Shown: positions 27,016-37,037 of the stretch, in pieces
Numbering within the stretch: position 1 is the stretch's first letter
Layout of the letters: each line of letters opens with the position of its first letter
Assembly: GCA_037144045.1 (NCBI GenBank)
Contig: JBAWXN010000002.1
Location: 150,875 to 214,874, forward strand
Direction: 5' to 3'
Length of the DNA: 64,000 nt
Source of the DNA: a bacterium
GTDB taxonomy: Bacteria > Patescibacteriota > Minisyncoccia > Phycocordibacterales > UBA1006
Notes under the pieces: generated by a model
The model's input: only the letters and a program-made list of their open reading frames with translations
The model's database searches: none
What the model was told of the DNA's origin: nothing
Position numbers and translations under genes: made by a program

Positions 27016-27447
27016 ATGGAATATATAACCTACGAACAATTTAAAAAGATGGACATTCGCATTGGAACCATCCGAGAAATAGAACCCGTTGAAGGAACTG
27101 ATAAACTATTACGCTGTCAGATTGATTTTGGAGTAAAAAAACCTTCACTCGATGTTATCCCTGAATCTGATTCAGTATTGACTGATGAAGAACTTGCAAA
27201 ATTAGGGGGTGTAGACGAAGTGGTAGAAGAACGCGACATACGTCAAATTATTTCAGGAATTCGTGAATACTATCCTGATTATGAATCACTCATCGGTAAA
27301 CAAGTGTTGTATGTGGTGAATCTTGAACCGCGTGAAATCAAAGGTCATACATCCCACGGCATGTTGATGGCCGTAGATGGACGTGAAGGGCAGCCAGTTT
27401 TTTTGGTCCCTGATGAACCAGTAGAACCAGGAAGTAAGGTACGGTAA
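27016..27447 (+). CDS. tRNA-binding domain protein (Myf/CsaA/EMAP-II-like OB fold)
   Basis: FKKMDIRIGTIREIEPVEGTDKLLRCQIDFG matches the tRNA-binding OB-fold signature. Confidence 0.6.
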   Translation: MEYITYEQFKKMDIRIGTIREIEPVEGTDKLLRCQIDFGVKKPSLDVIPESDSVLTDEELAKLGGVDEVVEERDIRQIISGIREYYPDYESLIGKQVLYVVNLEPREIKGHTSHGMLMAVDGREGQPVFLVPDEPVEPGSKVR

Positions 27448-27448
27448 T

Positions 27449-27474
27449 GAAAAACCTCTCACGAGGTTTTTATA
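27449..27474. terminator. bidirectional rho-independent terminator
   Basis: gaaaaacctctcacgaggttttta. Confidence 0.65.
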
Positions 27475-28064
27475 GTAGTCATTTTTTCTTTAATAATTTT
27501 ATATGCAACTGGAGCGAATGAAATGACCATGATAGCAATAATGATAGGTAATAGATACGAGTCTACGTTAGGAACTTTACTCCCAAGTGCATATCCGAGC
27601 CAAGGAAGGAGGAGTGCCCAAGCGGCACCACTTAACAAGTTCCAAATGACAAATTTGCGGTAATGCATGAGTGATGCGCCGGCAAGAATGGGTGCAAAAG
27701 TGCGGACAATAGGAATAAATCGAGCAAGGAGCACTGCTTTCGGTCCATGATCGCTATAAAACTGAGCGGTGCGTGTGAGGTGTTTTTGTTTGAAAAAAAG
27801 TGTGTCTTTCTTTTTAAAAATAGTTTCACTAATACGTCTTCCGAAATAGTATCCAAAGAGTCCTCCTAATACCGCTCCGATCACTACTACAATCATCACC
27901 CAAAATAATGATAAATTACCGCTTGCTGCAAGTATTCCAGCGCTAAAGAGTAAACTATCGCCAGGGAGAAAAAACGCAAAAAATAAACCCGATTCGGCAA
28001 ATATAATGAGAAGGATTCCAATATAGCCGACGGTTTGAATAATCATCGGGAGTGAGTAGTGCAT
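27459..28064 (-). CDS. DedA-family membrane protein (paralog 2)
   Basis: FAESGLFFAFFLPGDSLLFSAG...LARFIPIVRTFAPILAGAS. Confidence 0.65.
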   Translation of the reverse strand: MHYSLPMIIQTVGYIGILLIIFAESGLFFAFFLPGDSLLFSAGILAASGNLSLFWVMIVVVIGAVLGGLFGYYFGRRISETIFKKKDTLFFKQKHLTRTAQFYSDHGPKAVLLARFIPIVRTFAPILAGASLMHYRKFVIWNLLSGAAWALLLPWLGYALGSKVPNVDSYLLPIIIAIMVISFAPVAYKIIKEKMTTIKTS

Positions 28065-28150
28065 ACAAGTATTCTAGCACGCGATAGCTAGTTACTTAGT
28101 ATGTGTGTAATTGAATTTTAAAACTCAATGAGTGGTGATATACTTTAGTC

Positions 28151-29233
28151 ATGAGGTTATTTTCCTTTTTTGAAAAACCAAAACATTCCGTTGCGTTTTC
28201 AATGGACAATGGTTTTTTACGCTATGTTTCTTTGATGCGAACCAAAGAAGGTATTCAGGTGATGAGTCACGGATCTGAATATTTTGGCAGCAATGTCATT
28301 ACCTTAGAAAGCGAAATAGAAGACGATGCATTATTTGTAAGTAAGCTACGAACCCTTATCCCAAGTATTGATTTTGGTGAAGGATTACCTGAAGCAAATA
28401 TCATTATTCCTGATCACCAGGCAATAATGTTTCACACACATATTATGAAAGAATCTGCTCAGCAGATGAATGATATTATTGTGGATCACTTGAAAACATA
28501 TTGCGAAGCGCACGACCTGTTGAGCTACACAGAATACGTCTGCGAATACGATATTATCCTCGAAACCAGTTTTGGCTATGATGTACACGTTACTCTGGTT
28601 CCTAAAAATTATGCGAATCATTTGGCGCGTTTATTTAAACAAGCAGGTATTAAAATTGCACATATAGAAACAGCGCATCATGCGGTTGCGTCAGCGTGCT
28701 TGGATATTCCTCGAGGGGAAGGGTTGGTACTTGTTTCGTTTGGTAAGGAGCAAACATCGGTTGCGTTATTACATGCGGATCACCTGGTTTCGCATGAACT
28801 CGTTCCTGTGGGTGAAGACGCGCTGTATGTAACTATTGAACGATTTTTGAAAGTAGACCGCGCGTATGCTAAAAAAATCATTGAACGTCATGGTATCCTG
28901 CAAACGCACCCTGATAACGGACTCCTCGGTGAATTACACCTGCAGCTTAACCCAATCGTGCGCAGTATTGATCGACAACTCGTAATTGTAGGTCAATCGC
29001 CTTATAAAACCGTAGGGGAACGATTCACGACACGTACGTTGATCGTGTATGGTGAAGGAATTCATGTGAAGGGATTAGTGCCACTCCTAGGTGATCTGTC
29101 ACACCTCACGGCGAAAGAACTCGATGTGTGGGCTGGACATACAGAAGACCGTGCCCCAATCCTTAATATGCATGCTGCTGAAATTGTGAAGTATGCCGAG
29201 GCGTTATCACTTGCATTGATTTATTTAAAATAA
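28151..29233 (+). CDS. PilM-like actin-fold protein (type IV pilus assembly), tentative
   Basis: 360 aa. The segments (VAFSMDNGFLRYVSL..., ...LVLVSFGKEQTSVALL..., ...IVYGEGIHVKGLVPLLGDL) follow the PilM/FtsA-like ATPase-fold layout. No other pil genes are adjacent. Confidence 0.4.
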   Translation: MRLFSFFEKPKHSVAFSMDNGFLRYVSLMRTKEGIQVMSHGSEYFGSNVITLESEIEDDALFVSKLRTLIPSIDFGEGLPEANIIIPDHQAIMFHTHIMKESAQQMNDIIVDHLKTYCEAHDLLSYTEYVCEYDIILETSFGYDVHVTLVPKNYANHLARLFKQAGIKIAHIETAHHAVASACLDIPRGEGLVLVSFGKEQTSVALLHADHLVSHELVPVGEDALYVTIERFLKVDRAYAKKIIERHGILQTHPDNGLLGELHLQLNPIVRSIDRQLVIVGQSPYKTVGERFTTRTLIVYGEGIHVKGLVPLLGDLSHLTAKELDVWAGHTEDRAPILNMHAAEIVKYAEALSLALIYLK

Positions 29234-29280
29234 ACAAAAAACTTCTATTCTAAGAATAGAAGTTTTTTGTTTCAAGAGGG

Positions 29281-29352
29281 TGCTTCCACTAGGAATCGAA
29301 CCTAGAATAACGGCTTAGAAGTCCGTAGTTATATCCATTTAACTATGGAAGC
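29281..29352 (-). tRNA. tRNA-Arg (anticodon TCT)
   Basis: Reverse complement: acceptor gcttcca/tggaagc, D-arm gtta-aatggata-taac, anticodon loop cttctaa, T-arm ctagg-ttcgatt-cctag. Confidence 0.7.
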
Positions 29353-29423
29353 ATATAGCAACGCCTGTAGCGTAACACCTTTGCATTTCCAAGTAAATAT
29401 GCTAAAGTATTTCTCGTACGTGA

Positions 29424-29499
29424 GGGCGATTAGCTCAGTTGGTAGAGCAACTCATTTACACTGAGAAGGTCAGGGGTTCAAGTCCCTTATCGCCCACCA
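29424..29499 (+). tRNA. tRNA-Val (anticodon TAC) with encoded CCA
   Basis: Acceptor gggcgat/atcgccc, D-arm gctc-agttggta-gagc, anticodon loop tttacac, T-arm agggg-ttcaagt-cccct, then ACCA. A terminator hairpin lies at 29511-29538. Confidence 0.8.
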
Positions 29500-29582
29500 A
29501 GTCCCGTTCTAAAAACCACTGTGAAAACAGTGGTTTTTAGTGTAAAATACCAAGTATTACTAAATTAATTACTTTTAATTAT

Positions 29583-29834
29583 ATGGGAGCATTTGGATCA
29601 GGGCGCGAAGATTATCACAAAATGACACCAGCAGAACGATCAGGTGCTGACTTGCAAGACCGTAAACCGGTGTTTAATGGTCCAGCGCGTGATACTTTTG
29701 AAGAAGAAGGGCGATGTTTTTTTATGGGGCGCCAAGTAAGTAAAGAGGAATACGAATCATTGTTAGGAAAATATAACGCACTCCTTGATCATTCTTTGGA
29801 ATTAAAACATGAAGAATTGCGAGAAGCGGCTTAG
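29583..29834 (+). CDS. hypothetical small protein
   Basis: 83 aa, charged; no motif. Confidence 0.4.
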   Translation: MGAFGSGREDYHKMTPAERSGADLQDRKPVFNGPARDTFEEEGRCFFMGRQVSKEEYESLLGKYNALLDHSLELKHEELREAA

Positions 29835-29840
29835 AAATTT

Positions 29841-30593
29841 ATGAAAGAAAGTAACATTTTAAAAAACAAAAAAATAGAAGAAAAACCCGCAGCTCACGAA
29901 ATTGTAGAGCCGAATCAGGATGTCGAACGAGTAAACGGAGTATCAGAACGTGAAGAATTAAACGAAGTCTTTTTCCGACAATACATTGAAACAGCAATGG
30001 AAGGTGAATTATTTAGCGAAATCAGTAGTGCAGGATTTTCACCAGAAGAAGTTCAAGAGCTTCGAAAAGGTTTTTCCGAATTAAGTGATTTTGATAAGGA
30101 ATACGCTTTTGCATTTCCTTACGAACTTCGAAAGAAAAATTTTGCCTTTCAGGCAAAGGCTATTCACTCTGGAAAGAGGGAGTTAAGCGGTTTTTGGAAA
30201 CCTATAGTAGAAAATGGTGAAAAGACAGGGCGTCGCCTGGGGTACCATGTTTCACTATATGATATTCCACCGAGGACTGTTAAAGATTCGGGCGGTCAGG
30301 AAATTCAATCATGGGAAATCAGTGGAACTGAAAACGATCATCGAAACAATGACCTTCCTATGGCGTATTATGCGGAAGACTATTTACACATTTATCGTAC
30401 TAAAAGTGCAAATTACCTCTATATAATATCTTCGCAGCGGGCAACAGGATCTGGGCACCATGCTGATAATAGTAATAAATGGGGTCGCGCGCCATCATTG
30501 AGTGTTATCCAGAAATTTAATTTACGCGAGGTTGATGACTTCGTGCGTGAGCGAACCAAAGAATACCTAGAACAAAAAAACGCATCCAAGTAA
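29841..30593 (+). CDS. hypothetical protein
   Basis: 250 aa, acidic N-terminal half; no motif. Confidence 0.45.
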   Translation: MKESNILKNKKIEEKPAAHEIVEPNQDVERVNGVSEREELNEVFFRQYIETAMEGELFSEISSAGFSPEEVQELRKGFSELSDFDKEYAFAFPYELRKKNFAFQAKAIHSGKRELSGFWKPIVENGEKTGRRLGYHVSLYDIPPRTVKDSGGQEIQSWEISGTENDHRNNDLPMAYYAEDYLHIYRTKSANYLYIISSQRATGSGHHADNSNKWGRAPSLSVIQKFNLREVDDFVRERTKEYLEQKNASK

Positions 30594-30609
30594 TTGGAGT
30601 GCGTCTCGG

Positions 30610-30906
30610 TTATTTTTTAGTTATAGTTTCCCATGCTGACCAGAGGATGAATTCGAAATTATTCCCTAGTGCATCTATTCTGCGGTCAACCCACTTTGCA
30701 ATAGAGGACCCTTCTTCTTTAAGGAGGGTTTCTATTTTGGTTAAAAAATCTTCTTTGTTTTTTGAAGTTTTAAATACTTCGTCATTGAGCCTTTTTAAAA
30801 AAATACTATCATTTTTCCCGTCCACCACCAGAGGCCCATCTTTTTTTTGCGGTGTTGCTTTTCCTGAGAAAAGATCGAAGAAGAATGGTCCTACATCGTT
30901 TTTCAT
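30610..30906 (-). CDS. hypothetical protein
   Basis: The minus-strand ORF (30610-30948; likely start MKNDVGPFFF at 30906) has protein-like composition. The overlapping plus-strand ORF is low-complexity. Confidence 0.4.
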   Translation of the reverse strand: MKNDVGPFFFDLFSGKATPQKKDGPLVVDGKNDSIFLKRLNDEVFKTSKNKEDFLTKIETLLKEEGSSIAKWVDRRIDALGNNFEFILWSAWETITKK

Positions 30907-30948
30907 GCTATCCTGTCTTTTGTAACACAATACACTTATATTAAACAT

Positions 30949-31680
30949 ATGTCAATACCCACCATCCTCCTCGAAACTAAAGACTTCCTTGTAATAAACA
31001 AGCCAACCGGCTTGGTTGTTCATGCTGACGGAAAACATGACGAACCTACGGTTGTTGATTGGATCCTTGAACATTATCCCGAATTGAAAGACGTAGGTGA
31101 AAAAATGATTATTGAACATCAAGGAGAAACGATTGAAATTCCTCGTTCAGGAATTGTGCATCGCATCGACCGAGACACTTCAGGATGTTTACTCATTGCA
31201 AAAAATCAAGAATCATTCGAAAACCTCAAGGCTCAATTTCAAGAACATACGATCAAGAAAAAGTATGTAGCACTCGTGTACGGATGGCCGCGTGATGAAC
31301 GGGGAATCATTGACCAACCCATTGGACGGTCGTCATCAAATATCCGAGCATGGACTACAAAACCAAACGCGCGTGGTGGGCGCGATGCGATTACTCGGTT
31401 TACTGTGCTTAAAAAATTCGAACACGATGGCCAAAAATACGCCATCGTAGACTTATATCCTCAAACCGGGCGCACGCATCAGCTGCGCGTACATATGGGA
31501 CATCTGGGTCATTCATTAGTTGCTGACGCAATCTATTCATCAGGTAAAACCAGTACGCTTCCTATTCATCGAACGGCACTGCATGCAGAACGTATTATTT
31601 TCAAGGATATGAACGGTAATGACGTAGAAGTAACGGCGCCACTCCCAGAAGACCTGAAGCCATTCCTTGCCAAGGCTTAG
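30949..31680 (+). CDS. RluA-family pseudouridine synthase
   Basis: ...VHRIDRDTSGCLLIAKNQESFENLKAQF...KKYVALVYGWP has the catalytic Asp motif HRLD-like (HRIDRDTSG). Confidence 0.8.
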   Translation: MSIPTILLETKDFLVINKPTGLVVHADGKHDEPTVVDWILEHYPELKDVGEKMIIEHQGETIEIPRSGIVHRIDRDTSGCLLIAKNQESFENLKAQFQEHTIKKKYVALVYGWPRDERGIIDQPIGRSSSNIRAWTTKPNARGGRDAITRFTVLKKFEHDGQKYAIVDLYPQTGRTHQLRVHMGHLGHSLVADAIYSSGKTSTLPIHRTALHAERIIFKDMNGNDVEVTAPLPEDLKPFLAKA

Positions 31681-31781
31681 TTTTTATGATAAGGTGTGCA
31701 GGTTATTAGCAGAAATAAACGACCCTCCTTTGAGCCTTCTTTATGTCTTTGTGACTAAGGAATGGAGTCAGGAAACTCATT

Positions 31782-32228
31782 ATGGCAACCAATTTTACAC
31801 AATTTATTCCTAAAGATATCGCAAATCGAAAAGATCTCGATATCCGAACCGGAGACACGGTTAAGGTTTCTTTGAAAATCGAGGAAAAAGGAAAGACACG
31901 TATTCAAGCATTCGAAGGTCTCGTGATTGCACGCAAACACGGAACCGAATCTGGTGGAACATTTACCGTTCGCAAGATTTCACACAGTGTTGGAGTAGAA
32001 CGTATCTTCCCCCTTTATTCACCAAGTATCGATAAAATCGAAGTACTCCGCCGAACCAATGTTCGTCGATCAAAACTTTACTTTATCCGAGAAAAAGTGA
32101 CTCGAGACATCCGACGCAAAATGCGTAACTTCGTAGGATTCTTTGCTTCAACCGCAGACCTCCCACAGCCAGAAGAAATGATGGCAGAAGTAGTAGAAGA
32201 AACTCCAGCTGAAAATTCAGCGGAATAA
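31782..32228 (+). CDS. rplS: 50S ribosomal protein L19 with C-terminal extension
   Basis: [69 protein letters not shown]. Confidence 0.85.
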   Translation: MATNFTQFIPKDIANRKDLDIRTGDTVKVSLKIEEKGKTRIQAFEGLVIARKHGTESGGTFTVRKISHSVGVERIFPLYSPSIDKIEVLRRTNVRRSKLYFIREKVTRDIRRKMRNFVGFFASTADLPQPEEMMAEVVEETPAENSAE

Positions 32229-32231
32229 TAC

Positions 32232-32262
32232 AAAAAAAACTCGACAATGTCGGGTTTTTTTG
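32232..32262 (+). terminator. rho-independent terminator
   Basis: aaaaaaaactcgacaatgtcgggttttttt. Confidence 0.6.
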
Positions 32263-32278
32263 TATACTGGTGAAACTT

Positions 32279-32362
32279 GCCCAGATGGAGAAATTGGTAG
32301 ACTTACTACCTTGAGGTGGTAGCGCCGTGAGGCATGGGGGTTCGAGTCCCCCTCTGGGCACC
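32279..32362 (+). tRNA. tRNA-Leu (anticodon GAG), long variable arm
   Basis: Acceptor gcccaga/tctgggc, anticodon arm ctacc-ttgaggt-ggtag, long variable arm, T-arm gggg-ttcgagt-cccc. Confidence 0.75.
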
Positions 32363-32413
32363 TATTGTATTTTATTATTGAGCGTGATATGGTGGAATCA
32401 AATTTATTTTAAT

Positions 32414-32638
32414 ATGGCTGACCACGCACGTGATCGTTCGAATTCAACCCATTCAGAACGATCTAACAAGACACATGATTCATCTAAGCCCAAAAAGAAA
32501 AAGGGAGGTGGCAAAAAAGGTTCTTCTATTTCAGGAGAAATTGCAAATATGTTCAACGGGTTAACCCGCTGCAGCACGTTTGCAAATTACTGTGGTAGAT
32601 CATCCGGAAACCATAAGCCCAATTCAAGGCGAGCGTAA
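32414..32638 (+). CDS. small basic hypothetical protein (doubtful)
   Basis: The ORF downstream of tRNA-Leu is Lys/Ser-rich. The ORF-track start at 32327 overlaps the tRNA, so the ATG at 32414 is used. Confidence 0.25.
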   Translation: MADHARDRSNSTHSERSNKTHDSSKPKKKKGGGKKGSSISGEIANMFNGLTRCSTFANYCGRSSGNHKPNSRRA

Positions 32639-32715
32639 ATGAATAATGAATTAAGGTCTGCAATAATGCAGGCCTTTGTTTTGGAAAAAATATAAATACT
32701 TGATACACTAATACC

Positions 32716-33057
32716 ATGAATGTTACTTCATATCTTATTTTAGTCGGTTCAGTCCTTGCGATTGCAATCGCCGATGTGGCTTTAAAGCAAGCAGGGAGCT
32801 ATAGTCACTCGATGAAGCAATTACTCATAAATCCTTGGTTTCTAAGTGCAATTGTTTTGTACATTATTCAAGTAATTGGATTTGGCTATTTGTTTATTTC
32901 AGGGGCTAAATTGTCATCTATTGGTATTGTTCAGACGGTGTTATATGCGCTGGTAGTGATTACTTCAGGGGTATTTATTTTTTCTGAATCGATCAGTGTT
33001 TTACAGGGAATTGGTATTGAATTGGCGGTGGTGGGGGTTGTTTTAATGAATATTTAG
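32716..33057 (+). CDS. small 4-TM DMT-superfamily transporter (SMR/EamA-like)
   Basis: 113 aa, four hydrophobic helices, ending ...GIGIELAVVGVVLMNI. Confidence 0.5.
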   Translation: MNVTSYLILVGSVLAIAIADVALKQAGSYSHSMKQLLINPWFLSAIVLYIIQVIGFGYLFISGAKLSSIGIVQTVLYALVVITSGVFIFSESISVLQGIGIELAVVGVVLMNI

Positions 33058-33083
33058 GCTTATAAATAAGGATGGTGGGGTAC

Positions 33084-33112
33084 TTGACAAATGTATAGTA
33101 GTATGCTATACT
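33084..33112 (+). promoter_or_regulatory. sigma70-like promoter TTGACA-17-TGcTATACT
   Basis: tacTTGACAaatgtatagtagtatgcTATACTatc upstream of the ORF at 33133. Confidence 0.5.
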
Positions 33113-33132
33113 ATCTTTATAAAACTGAATAA

Positions 33133-33675
33133 ATGAAAAAAATAAATCAAATACTTACGCGCGTAGCCGCAACGAATACTAACCCTGCAACTAGTGGAAA
33201 CACTAATAATCAGGCAAAACCGGCCCATAAGCACGGTAAAAACAAACAGGGAAAAGGAAAGCCGAAGCACTTCTTGGTTGCCATAGGCACCCCGGCAGCT
33301 GCCCAACGGTTAACCTTGGACCCAACCCGCCAGTTACATTACATGATCCAATTTTCTAACGAAACAGTACCTACTGTAGCGAAGAAGAAAGGACAAGTTT
33401 CAGCTGCCACCAGCTCTGAAAAGAGATTTGCTGGCCAGCCGGTAAAGGATACTACGCCTGATTTGTTAGCAATGTTGGACAGACGCGAACGCAGAGCCAA
33501 TGAAGTATCTGAGGATGTAGAGTTCTTAGCAGAATTATTTGGCGAAACCGGAATTGATCGCGGTAATCACGAAGAAGGTGATAATGGTGATATGGAACAC
33601 TGCCACACCATCTACACCGGATTCCGTGGTGGTAGCCCTGATTTCGGCAAAAAATACAAAGCAAAAGCTGCGTAA
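33133..33675 (+). CDS. hypothetical protein (basic N-terminal, acidic C-terminal)
   Basis: 180-aa ORF; no motif. Confidence 0.45.
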   Translation: MKKINQILTRVAATNTNPATSGNTNNQAKPAHKHGKNKQGKGKPKHFLVAIGTPAAAQRLTLDPTRQLHYMIQFSNETVPTVAKKKGQVSAATSSEKRFAGQPVKDTTPDLLAMLDRRERRANEVSEDVEFLAELFGETGIDRGNHEEGDNGDMEHCHTIYTGFRGGSPDFGKKYKAKAA

Positions 33676-33693
33676 CAAAAACTAAAAAGAAGC

Positions 33694-33727
33694 TCCCCGA
33701 TGCATATCGCATCGGGGTTTATTGTTT
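33694..33727 (+). terminator. rho-independent terminator
   Basis: ccccgatgcatatcgcatcggggtttattgttt. Confidence 0.65.
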
Positions 33728-33741
33728 GATATAATTTATGC

Positions 33742-35115
33742 ATGAAACAAAACAATTCTCCTTGGTTGACGCAACTTGATCACGCACGATCACTTCGTAC
33801 TGCAGATGCTGACATGACTACCAACGTGGTTATTATTGGTGGTGGAATAGCTGGAGTTACGACTCTTTATTTTTTACTCAAACACACTGATAAAAAAATA
33901 GTACTCGTTGAAGCGAATCGCTTAGCACATGGTGCAACAGGGCATAATGCCGGACAAGTAGTTGCTGAATTTGAACGACCACTCGCACATATCGCCAAGG
34001 AATTCGGCGTGAAAAAGGCAATTGATGGACTTGCATCAGTAGAAGATGCTTGGGTACTCCTTGATGATATTTTCAATGACACGGGACTCACGATCCCTTT
34101 TCGTGAATTTATTGGATACAGTGGTTATTCTGATGTGGCACCCCTCCTTGAAGAACTTGAAACAGAGTTGTTGCGTTCACAACACGGGTTAGTACATTTT
34201 CCAACATTAGTAGCACGTGAATCAGGATGGATGCAATCAATTCCTCATAAGTTTCATGCAATCTGTACTGAAGTAGATTCGGTGCTCATTTCTGAACTGC
34301 TCGATATTCATCAGACTAATTATCATGCGGTAATTCCTAATCGAGCGGCAACCCTTAACAGTGCGCTCTTTACTGAAATGCTTGCGTTGTGGTGCGTAGA
34401 ACAATATCCTGATCGTGTCTCATTATTTGAAAAAAGTTCAGTACATGGTATCGAATTAAAATCAGAACATCCACAAGTGCTCACGGATCTCGTAACGATT
34501 ACGTGTGATCAGGTAGTGTTGTGCACTAATGGTTTTGAAAACTTTTATATCAAGGATAAGGCTGGTCTTGCTATCGATACGAAGTTTCATCACGAAGTGC
34601 GAGGAGTAGTTGGGTATATGACTGGTTACCTTACCAATAAAGAATTAAATCCGATGGCAAATCGGTACTATGAGGAGGGGCTCAAAGGTGAGGGCGAGTT
34701 TCAAAAAGATCGATTTTCTGATATTTACTTCTATATCACTCGTCGTAAATTTGGATCAGAATCAAGTAATGAGTATTTACTAGCAATAGGAGGACCAGAA
34801 GCAGGACTTGTTGAACGAGAAATTTATTTCAATGAATTTGATGTTCCTGAAAAAATGCGTGATGATGCAATCACCTTTGCACAAAAGTATTTTCCTGTTT
34901 CCGAGTTCGATCAAAAGTTCTTTTGGCATGGGCTCATGGGGTATACGCGCACAGGGATACGACTTGTCGGTCCAGAACCGCTTGATAATCGACTTATGTA
35001 CAATTTAGGATGTAATGGAGTTGGAATATTGCCGAGTATTATGGGGGCCCGAAAAATAGCACGTCACATAAATACTGAACACCTTCCCGATACTATTTTT
35101 GACCCGAAGCGGTGA
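33742..35115 (+). CDS. FAD-dependent oxidoreductase (DAO-like)
   Basis: VVIIGGGIAGVTTLYFLLKH...LVEANRLAHGATGHNAGQV is the dinucleotide-binding GxGxxG motif. Confidence 0.7.
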   Translation: MKQNNSPWLTQLDHARSLRTADADMTTNVVIIGGGIAGVTTLYFLLKHTDKKIVLVEANRLAHGATGHNAGQVVAEFERPLAHIAKEFGVKKAIDGLASVEDAWVLLDDIFNDTGLTIPFREFIGYSGYSDVAPLLEELETELLRSQHGLVHFPTLVARESGWMQSIPHKFHAICTEVDSVLISELLDIHQTNYHAVIPNRAATLNSALFTEMLALWCVEQYPDRVSLFEKSSVHGIELKSEHPQVLTDLVTITCDQVVLCTNGFENFYIKDKAGLAIDTKFHHEVRGVVGYMTGYLTNKELNPMANRYYEEGLKGEGEFQKDRFSDIYFYITRRKFGSESSNEYLLAIGGPEAGLVEREIYFNEFDVPEKMRDDAITFAQKYFPVSEFDQKFFWHGLMGYTRTGIRLVGPEPLDNRLMYNLGCNGVGILPSIMGARKIARHINTEHLPDTIFDPKR

Positions 35116-35137
35116 GGGGTATGTTATAATTATTGTT

Positions 35138-35473
35138 ATGAAACTTACTCAAAAAAAATGCATTCCCTGCGAGGATAAAAGCATAAAGCCTTTTACGCGC
35201 CCGCAGGCAAAAGAATATGCAATACTGGTTCCTGAATGGATTCTTGCTAAAAATGCACAAAAAATTTCGCGAACATTTATGTTTTCTGATTTTGTTCAAG
35301 CATTAAAATTTGTTAATCGCGTAGGGAAACTAGCAGAACGCGAAGGACATCATCCAGATATAAGTATTCACTATAATCAAGTATCGTTCGAACTTTGGAC
35401 ACATTCCATTGAGGGGTTATCGGAAAATGATTTTATCCTTGCTGCTAAAATAAACGCACTTAATTTGCACTAG
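35138..35473 (+). CDS. pterin-4a-carbinolamine dehydratase (PCD/DCoH)
   Basis: ...FSDFVQALKFVNRVGKLAEREGHHPDISIHYNQVSFELWTHSIEGLSENDF matches the PCD signature (E-x-HHP-D...W-THS). Confidence 0.75.
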   Translation: MKLTQKKCIPCEDKSIKPFTRPQAKEYAILVPEWILAKNAQKISRTFMFSDFVQALKFVNRVGKLAEREGHHPDISIHYNQVSFELWTHSIEGLSENDFILAAKINALNLH

Positions 35474-35475
35474 TC

Positions 35476-36066
35476 ATGATTGATATTATTATTGAGCACA
35501 AAACAATTTTTGTTATTCTACACGCTATTTGTGCGGCAGTGGGACTTGGGGCTGTGGTAATTACTGATAGCTTGTTTTTTCAGTATTTGAAAGATTTTAA
35601 AATTTCTCGCAAAGAAGAAGAAACGATGAATACTATTTCTAAGCTGGTGTGGGTGGTGATTGCTCTTCTGATTATCACCGGTACTGCATTGTTCCTATCG
35701 GCGCCTCTTGACTACTTGGCAAAATCAAAGTTTATCGTGAAGGTAATAATCTTCTCGGTTATTGTTGCAAATGGGTTGCTGCTTAACTTTTGGATTACTC
35801 CTGTACTTAAAAAGATTGTGTTCGGTCCCGTAGAAAAACAGCCAACATTCAAAATCAGATTTATGCGACGTGTTGCGTTTGCTTCAGGAGTGGTGTCTAT
35901 GATTTCTTGGTTTTCAGTATTTATCCTAGGGTCAGTTCGTTCAATACCGGTTTCGATAGGATGGGGAATAATTATCTATAGTGGAATCGTCTTGTTAGGA
36001 ATTATGGGAAGTCAATTTTTTGCAACATGGATGAAGTATGGAACCTTGCTTCCTAAGCAAGACTAG
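35476..36066 (+). CDS. hypothetical membrane protein
   Basis: 196 aa, 5-6 TM. Confidence 0.5.
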   Translation: MIDIIIEHKTIFVILHAICAAVGLGAVVITDSLFFQYLKDFKISRKEEETMNTISKLVWVVIALLIITGTALFLSAPLDYLAKSKFIVKVIIFSVIVANGLLLNFWITPVLKKIVFGPVEKQPTFKIRFMRRVAFASGVVSMISWFSVFILGSVRSIPVSIGWGIIIYSGIVLLGIMGSQFFATWMKYGTLLPKQD

Positions 36067-36123
36067 ATTTTTTCAAGGATTTCTGGTATAACAAGCAGGC
36101 TTTTAGGAAACTAAAAGCACTAT

Positions 36124-36196
36124 GGTGACTATGGTGTAACGGTTAACACTCAGGTTTGTGGTACCTGCGATCAGGGTTCGATTCCCTGTAGTCACC
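36124..36196 (+). tRNA. tRNA-His (anticodon GTG) with G-1 and discriminator C
   Basis: g(-1)+gtgacta acceptor, D-arm gtgt-aacggtta-acac, anticodon arm caggt-ttgtggt-acctg, T-arm caggg-ttcgatt-ccctg, tagtcac+c. A terminator hairpin lies at 36206-36230. Confidence 0.8.
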
Positions 36197-36327
36197 CAAT
36201 AATTCAAAAAGCGCTCGCAGGGCGCTTTTTGAATACCTCAAGAAAAAGAGACTGTTGACTATTAGATGAACAGATGATATATTTTGCTCCAATCATATTT
36301 TGTCATTCATCAAAAATTTAAAAAGAA

Positions 36328-36987
36328 ATGGAAAACATCTTTTCGCAAGTATTTACAGCCTCCTTATTTGGAAGCTCGCTCGGATTTTTTGCCGCAATCG
36401 CAGTGCTTATTATTGTTTGTTTCGCGAGTGAAGTTAACGAAAATGGCTTTTATGCCTTTGGCTGTTTTGTTTTGTTCTGTGTGCTTATGCACTATAAAGG
36501 AAGCGGTATTATACCCGCGTTTCATTTTCTCAAGTCACATGTATGGATGGCATGGTTATATTTAGGTGTTGGTGTGGTGCACGCTACTACTCGTTTCTTT
36601 TATGAAGGATACCGAATTGGAATGCTATTTACCGAGTTTAGGCCTGAATGGAAGAAAGCAAACTCAATTGACCTAGGTACTAAATTAACGCTCGAACAAG
36701 AAGAGAAGTTTAGAAAATGGGTAATTGATGGCGATGGTAATAAGTCGCAGAGCTTTTTGTCACTATTATTTTCTTCAGAAAAAACTACTACTTATAAGGG
36801 CAATCGAAAGATTATGCATTTCAGTACTAATGCTTTTCGCTGGTGGTTTAACTGGCCAATAAGCCTCGTTTACTGGGGATTCACTGAATTTTTTGAAGCC
36901 AGCTGGTTAATCTTATGGAATAATACCAAGAAATTCTTCATGAGTTTCTATAATGCAGGTATTAATTTATCCGGTAAAGAGCGGTAA
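36328..36987 (+). CDS. hypothetical membrane protein
   Basis: 219 aa, several TM. Confidence 0.45.
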   Translation: MENIFSQVFTASLFGSSLGFFAAIAVLIIVCFASEVNENGFYAFGCFVLFCVLMHYKGSGIIPAFHFLKSHVWMAWLYLGVGVVHATTRFFYEGYRIGMLFTEFRPEWKKANSIDLGTKLTLEQEEKFRKWVIDGDGNKSQSFLSLLFSSEKTTTYKGNRKIMHFSTNAFRWWFNWPISLVYWGFTEFFEASWLILWNNTKKFFMSFYNAGINLSGKER

Positions 36988-37037
36988 TAAATACTTGGTG
37001 AACATGAAATATAACAAAACCTCGCAGTAATGCGAGG

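Noticed and set aside
30599-30925. 108-aa plus-strand ORF
   Set aside because: Ser/Leu/Phe-rich low-complexity translation. The overlapping minus-strand frame encodes a more protein-like sequence and fits the divergent arrangement with the RluA-family gene.
32327-32413. N-terminal part of ORF 32327-32638
   Set aside because: It overlaps the tRNA-Leu gene (32279-32362). If the ORF is real it probably starts at the ATG at 32414.
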